A stretch of 24,000 nucleotides of DNA from Dielma fastidiosa (GTDB lineage: Bacteria; Bacillota_I; Bacilli_A; Erysipelotrichales; Erysipelotrichaceae). The notes under the pieces are model-generated. The model searched no databases, was not told the DNA's origin, and worked only from the letters and a program-made list of their open reading frames with translations. Positions 14,447 through 24,000 of this stretch are shown here, piece after piece; the stretch's first letter is position 1, and each line of letters starts with the position of its first letter. The translations under genes and the position numbers were made by a program. The stretch covers positions 105,370 through 129,369 of the forward strand of contig NZ_HE578926.1 of assembly GCF_000313565.1 (NCBI RefSeq). Direction: 5' to 3'.

Positions 14447-14490
14447 CTCACTCCTTCACGTACTATTGTACTTCAAATTATGCTGTTTGG

Positions 14491-15915
14491 CTATCTTTTC
14501 TTAAGCTCTTCCTGAACCATCTTATTGGTCATAGCCGGATTAGCAGTTCCCTTGCTGGCCTTCATAACCTGACCAACTAAAAAGCCGACTGCCTTATCTT
14601 TACCATTTTTAAAGTCTGTCACTGACTGCGGATTGGCTTCAATAGCGGCAGTAATCAATGCCAGAATTGCAGACGGATCACTCATCTGCTTCATACCCTT
14701 CGCTTCCGCAACCGCTTTTGGATCTTTACCCTGCATCATTTCCTCAAAGACAACCTTAGCCTGCTTGCCGGAAATCTCACCCTTAATGATCATATCAATC
14801 ATTACTGCAAGATGTTCTGGCTGCAGCTTATTTTCTTCAAAGCTGATGCCTTCCTTATTCAGATAAGCTACCATCTCAGTAGTCACCCAGTTGCTGGCAA
14901 GCTTATACTCATTAGTATGCATGATTACCTCATCATAGAAATCAGATAATTCCTTCGTAGCAGTCAAGGTAACGGCGTCATAATCACTCAAGCCATATTG
15001 ATTCATATAACGCTCTTTGCGCTGTTCAGGCACCTCATTCAAGTTCTCCTGAATACTCTTAATCCATGCCTCATCAAGCTGAATCGGGAAAATATTAGGC
15101 TCTGGGAAGAATTTATAATCGACATTGCCTTCCTTTTTACGCATCGAAATGGTCGTTTTGCTTGCTTCATCAAAACGGCGGGTTTCCTGAATCACCGTAC
15201 CGCCTTCAAGATAGATTTTACTTTGCCGCTGGATTTCTTCATCCACTGCTTTCTGTACGTTGCTTAATGAATTCAGATTCTTGATTTCCGTTTTTGTGCC
15301 ATAGCCGTCATAGCCATAAGGGCGCAGGGAAATATTTACGTCACAGCGCATGCTGCCCTCTTCCATCTTACAATCTGATACACCCAAATAATAAAGCATA
15401 TTGCGCAGCTGTTCCACATAGGCAGCCGCTTCCTTACCACTGCGGATATCCGGTTCTGAAACAATTTCCACAAGCGGCGTACCGGCACGGTTGAAGTCGA
15501 TCATCGTACCATTAGCAGTATGGAACTGCTTCGCCGTATCCTCTTCCATATGAATGCGGTTAATGCGGATCTTTTTCTTACCGGCTTCTGTATCGATGGT
15601 TAGATAACCATTGCTGCCGATTGGGTGGAACTGCTGAGTAATCTGGAAGCCCTTTGGCAAATCAGAATAATAGTAATTCTTACGATCAAATTTAATCAAT
15701 GGATCAATCGTACAGTGAGCGCCGCTGCAAGCGCGGATTGCTAATTCTACCGCGTGCATATTTAAACATGGCAGCGTACCCGGCATACCCAGATCAATTT
15801 CATTGGTACAAGTATTCGGCGCCGCGCCAAAGCGTACCGGTCCGGCGGAGAACATCTTGGTATTGGTTTTTAATTCACAGTGGATTTCAATCCCGATGAT
15901 GGTTTCAAAGTTCAT
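14491..15915 (-). CDS. gatB: Asp/Glu-tRNA(Asn/Gln) amidotransferase subunit B
   Basis: 474 aa. The N-terminus MNFETIIGIEIHCEL, the later NRAGTPLVEIVSEPD, and the C-terminal YqeY-like tail GFLVGQVMKASKGTANP are all classic GatB. ATGA overlap with gatA. Confidence 0.95.
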   Translation of the reverse strand: MNFETIIGIEIHCELKTNTKMFSAGPVRFGAAPNTCTNEIDLGMPGTLPCLNMHAVELAIRACSGAHCTIDPLIKFDRKNYYYSDLPKGFQITQQFHPIGSNGYLTIDTEAGKKKIRINRIHMEEDTAKQFHTANGTMIDFNRAGTPLVEIVSEPDIRSGKEAAAYVEQLRNMLYYLGVSDCKMEEGSMRCDVNISLRPYGYDGYGTKTEIKNLNSLSNVQKAVDEEIQRQSKIYLEGGTVIQETRRFDEASKTTISMRKKEGNVDYKFFPEPNIFPIQLDEAWIKSIQENLNEVPEQRKERYMNQYGLSDYDAVTLTATKELSDFYDEVIMHTNEYKLASNWVTTEMVAYLNKEGISFEENKLQPEHLAVMIDMIIKGEISGKQAKVVFEEMMQGKDPKAVAEAKGMKQMSDPSAILALITAAIEANPQSVTDFKNGKDKAVGFLVGQVMKASKGTANPAMTNKMVQEELKKR

Positions 15916-17330
15916 GCGTTTACCTCCACAGTCTTTCCTTCTAATCCTGTTTCTTCTTCAATTGCTTTTGCGATATTCAATAAATTCTGTTCATCAAATG
16001 CCTTAGCTGTTAAATTCACACCGATTGGCAGACCTTCCACAAAACCGCACGGCACTGTAATACTTGGATATCCGGACAGATTGCCCAGCACCATATGGTT
16101 TTCAGCAACCAAATAAGTATCTGACATCTTTTCATCATTCGATTCATCCGGTTTCGGTGCTGTTGTGCTGGCAGCACTAGCCAAAACCACATCATAATCC
16201 TTTAATACATCCGCATAAGCATTAACGATCACACGGCGTACTTTTTGGGCCTTTCTGAACAATTTTTCCTGGTTTTCTACAAACAGCGACCAGCTGCCTA
16301 AAACAAAACGCTTACGCACTGCGGATGAGAAGCCCTTAGTTCTGGAATTGATCATGATTTCTTCCAGATTAGCTCCCTCTTCACGCATACCAAAACGCAC
16401 ACCATCAAGGTTAGAATGGTTTGCACATGCCTCCGCATTCGCGATAATCAAATATACCGGCAGCAGGGTTTCTAAAAGCTCATCATTCATTTTAACCTTT
16501 TCTACGATCGCGCCGCGGGCTTTAAGCTTTTCACATAAAACGTCAAAGTTTTTTAAGATAGCCTCATCCTTGATGGAATCCATCACATTGGCAAGCACCG
16601 CAATACGTTTTCCTTTTAAATCACTGTTTAACGCTTCAGCATAATGTCCAACTGGTTCATAGGAAGAAGTCATATCCCGATCATCTCTGCCCGCCAGCAC
16701 TTCTAAAGCGGCAGCCGCATCTTTAACACAGGTTGTGAAACAGCCGACATGGTCTAAAGAAGAAGCATATGGAATGACACCATAGCGGGAAATGCGTCCA
16801 TAAGTTGGTTTAAAGCCAACAACCCCACAATAGGCTGCCGGTTTACGAATCGAGTCACCGGTATCGGTTCCCAGTGCTAACGCAACAACACCCGCTGCTG
16901 TCAATGCCGCACTGCCGCCGCTGGAACCGCCTGAAATACGTTCAAAGTCATATGGATTATTCACCTTACCGGTATAGGCATTCAGATTGGTTCCACCCAT
17001 ACCCAGCTCATCCATGCTTGTTTTCACAGCAACAACGGCCCCGGCCGCTTTCAGCTTCGCAATGACATGGGCATCAAAAACCGGTACATAGTTATCTAAA
17101 ATTCTTGAAGAAGCAGTGGTACGGATACCCTTTGTGGAAATATTATCCTTAACCGCCACCGGTACACCATAAAGCGGTAAATTCTGATCCAGCTTTTTAA
17201 CTTCTTCAATCTGCTTTTCACAATCGACAAAAGTAACAACCGCATTCAGCTTATCCTGACTCGCGTGAGCCTTAGCCAGCACGCATTCTACGTTTGCTTC
17301 AACATTCTTTCCTAAATCATTCAGCTTCAT
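15912..17330 (-). CDS. gatA: Asp/Glu-tRNA(Asn/Gln) amidotransferase subunit A (amidase signature)
   Basis: 472 aa. VAVKDNISTKG, GGSSGGSAAL, GTDTGDSIRKPAAYCGVVGFKPTYG. The start overlaps the gatC stop by 1 nt (TAATG). Confidence 0.95.
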   Translation of the reverse strand: MKLNDLGKNVEANVECVLAKAHASQDKLNAVVTFVDCEKQIEEVKKLDQNLPLYGVPVAVKDNISTKGIRTTASSRILDNYVPVFDAHVIAKLKAAGAVVAVKTSMDELGMGGTNLNAYTGKVNNPYDFERISGGSSGGSAALTAAGVVALALGTDTGDSIRKPAAYCGVVGFKPTYGRISRYGVIPYASSLDHVGCFTTCVKDAAAALEVLAGRDDRDMTSSYEPVGHYAEALNSDLKGKRIAVLANVMDSIKDEAILKNFDVLCEKLKARGAIVEKVKMNDELLETLLPVYLIIANAEACANHSNLDGVRFGMREEGANLEEIMINSRTKGFSSAVRKRFVLGSWSLFVENQEKLFRKAQKVRRVIVNAYADVLKDYDVVLASAASTTAPKPDESNDEKMSDTYLVAENHMVLGNLSGYPSITVPCGFVEGLPIGVNLTAKAFDEQNLLNIAKAIEEETGLEGKTVEVNA

Positions 17331-17623
17331 TATTTCACCACCTTTGGCACTACAATATGATTCGCTGCCACCCGCGGAGCATTCGCCAGCGCATCTGCCG
17401 CGCTTAATGCATACTCATGCTCATCATCACGGATAAATGTTGTAGGTGTTTCAAACGGATATACCATTTCCTCTACATTTTCCGTATCTATGCGGTTTAA
17501 CAAATCCATCTGCCGCACATAAATCTCAAACTCTTCCTGCAATTCGCTGATTTCCTGATCATTTAAATCAAACATGACATCATTAGCCAGTTTTTTCAGC
17601 ATTCCTTTTTCAAATTTCTCCAT
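17330..17623 (-). CDS. gatC: Asp/Glu-tRNA(Asn/Gln) amidotransferase subunit C
   Basis: 97 aa. Position immediately upstream of gatA and a typical GatC pattern (...LNRIDTENVEEMVYPFE...RDDE...). RBS AGGAGGAAG. Confidence 0.9.
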   Translation of the reverse strand: MEKFEKGMLKKLANDVMFDLNDQEISELQEEFEIYVRQMDLLNRIDTENVEEMVYPFETPTTFIRDDEHEYALSAADALANAPRVAANHIVVPKVVK

Positions 17624-17637
17624 CGATCTTCCTCCTG

Positions 17638-22998
<5,361 letters not shown>

Positions 22999-23017
22999 GC
23001 GATCACCTCTGCGTATC

Positions 23018-23026
23018 ATTATACCA
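23018..23026 (-). promoter_or_regulatory. Extended -10 element (TGGTATAAT) upstream of pcrA
   Basis: The minus strand reads TTTTTGGTATAATGATACGCAGAGGTGATCGCATG. No good -35 (an A-run occupies that position). Confidence 0.5.
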
Positions 23027-23056
23027 AAAAACCTGTCTACTTTTTTAGTGAATTAC

Positions 23057-23078
23057 ATAGAAAAGATTCCTTTTCTAT
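23057..23078. promoter_or_regulatory. 22-nt perfect inverted repeat ATAGAAAAG-ATTC-CTTTTCTAT in the divergent pcrA / LCP intergenic region
   Basis: Read directly: arms 23057-23065 and 23070-23078, loop ATTC. No converging gene exists that it could terminate. Confidence 0.5.
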
Positions 23079-23164
23079 ATATTTTAAATATCTCACATAT
23101 ATAATGGCTGTTTAATGTTTCTTTCAATTTTCTGAAACTGCTGTTAATCTTTATTTGCTTAGGG

Positions 23165-23170
23165 TATAAT
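23165..23170 (+). promoter_or_regulatory. Candidate -10 (TATAAT) for the LCP-family gene
   Basis: TATAAT lies 27 nt upstream of the ATG at 23197, with GGAGG RBS at 23187-23191. The -35 is poor (TGTTAA at 23142-23147). Confidence 0.4.
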
Positions 23171-23196
23171 GATACATGAAATAATTGGAGGTTTTT

Positions 23197-24000
23197 ATGA
23201 AGGCGGAAAAAAGACCAAGAAGGAAAAGGACAAGGATTCCTGATCTGATTCTATTACTGATCCAAGTCAGTGTTATGATTTTATTTATTTATACACTGAT
23301 TAATTTGAATATGCTGAATTTTAAATGGCTGGTATTAATTATTGCCCTCTTATTCGTCTTATTGGCAATGTTTACTGTATTAATGATTATGAAGCTTGGA
23401 CGCGGTGTTACCACAGTAAAAAGAGTAGTTCAGGTTCTGCTGATAGCTGTCATGCTGGTTGGCAATCATTATGCCGGAACGCTGACCAATACGCTTAAAA
23501 CTATAACGAATGAGACACAGACGCGCATTGACAAAATATCACTGCTGACATTGGCTGATAACGAAGGTAATTCAATTGAAGATTTCAATGGCAAGACTAT
23601 TGGCCTGCAGACAGGGACGGATAAAGATTTAACTGAATTTGCGCTTGGCAAGATTGATCAGCGCATTGAATACGGCAAGTATGAGTATGTTGATTACTCG
23701 GTGATGATTAATGATTTCCTGCTGGGCTATGATGACGCAATCTTAATTAATGACGCATACATAAAAATGATGGCTGATTCAGTTGAAGGGTTTGCTGGTT
23801 CTTATAAGGTAATCGAAACATTTACTAGAGAGATTGAGCTGACACCGGCAGAAGTTAATGCAAAGCTGCCTGATGAACCATTTGCGGTCTATCTCTCCGG
23901 CATGGATGAATTAGGCGATCCGCATCAGCAGCTGCGCAGTGATGTAAATATCCTGATGCTTGTTGACCCGGTGGCGAATCATGTTACGATGATTTCAATA
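23197..24000 (+). CDS. LytR-CpsA-Psr (LCP) family cell-envelope phosphotransferase, N-terminal 268 codons; continues past the right edge
   Basis: Absent from the ORF track (no stop in the window). Hand translation gives MKAEKRPRRKRTRIPDLILLLIQVSVMILFIY...: a basic N-terminus, two hydrophobic segments, a ~150-aa accessory region, and then the start of the LCP core FAVYLSGMDELGD...LRSDVNILMLVDPVANHVTMISI (compare the canonical RSDT(I/L)M(L/V)...P....(I/L)SIPRD). Confidence 0.75.
   Translation, partial: MKAEKRPRRKRTRIPDLILLLIQVSVMILFIYTLINLNMLNFKWLVLIIALLFVLLAMFTVLMIMKLGRGVTTVKRVVQVLLIAVMLVGNHYAGTLTNTLKTITNETQTRIDKISLLTLADNEGNSIEDFNGKTIGLQTGTDKDLTEFALGKIDQRIEYGKYEYVDYSVMINDFLLGYDDAILINDAYIKMMADSVEGFAGSYKVIETFTREIELTPAEVNAKLPDEPFAVYLSGMDELGDPHQQLRSDVNILMLVDPVANHVTMISI

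Noticed and set aside
22999-23019. Seven-codon N-terminal extension of pcrA (MIRRGDR)
   Set aside because: The RBS AGAGGTGA sits inside the extension, correctly spaced for the ATG at 22996-22998. The extension would also overlap the -10 element.

Overview
This looks like a low-GC Firmicutes chromosome segment. Gene content and the pcrA-ligA-camS-gatCAB synteny suggest a Bacilli/Erysipelotrichia-like organism, but the taxon is inference only. Every gene from 1 to 22998 is on the minus strand, and one plus-strand gene starts at 23197.

Contents by coordinate:
- 1-653: partial DUF1016/YhcG nuclease-family gene, not in the ORF track.
- 681-2081: RumA/RlmD-type 23S rRNA m5U methyltransferase whose last ~25 codons sit in abruptly AT-rich DNA.
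- 2133-2714: TetR-family regulator.
- 2826-4613: lipoprotein FMN_bind + FAD flavin reductase with non-canonical active-site residues, behind a near-consensus promoter and an operator-like palindrome.
- 4860-13452, the main item: a translationally coupled eight-gene operon (transcribed 12301 to 4860) plus a separately transcribed YhfZ-type regulator. Together they correspond to the functionally orphan E. coli php/yhfSTUWXYZ cluster. This version has a different gene order, an extra truncated amidase-signature gene, and an unusual leader: a perfect consensus promoter and two exact 18-bp direct repeats 70 bp apart flanking a 19-bp perfect palindrome.
- 13532-22998: a membrane-anchored, internally duplicated protein, then gatB, gatA, gatC, a CamS-like lipoprotein, ligA and pcrA. 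No terminator is visible between them, so they look like one unit.
- 23197-24000: a divergent LCP-family gene running off the right edge, not in the ORF track.

I saw no rRNA, tRNA, CRISPR array, transposase or integrase. All family calls come from reading motifs by eye. No database search was run, and base counts were done by hand on short stretches.
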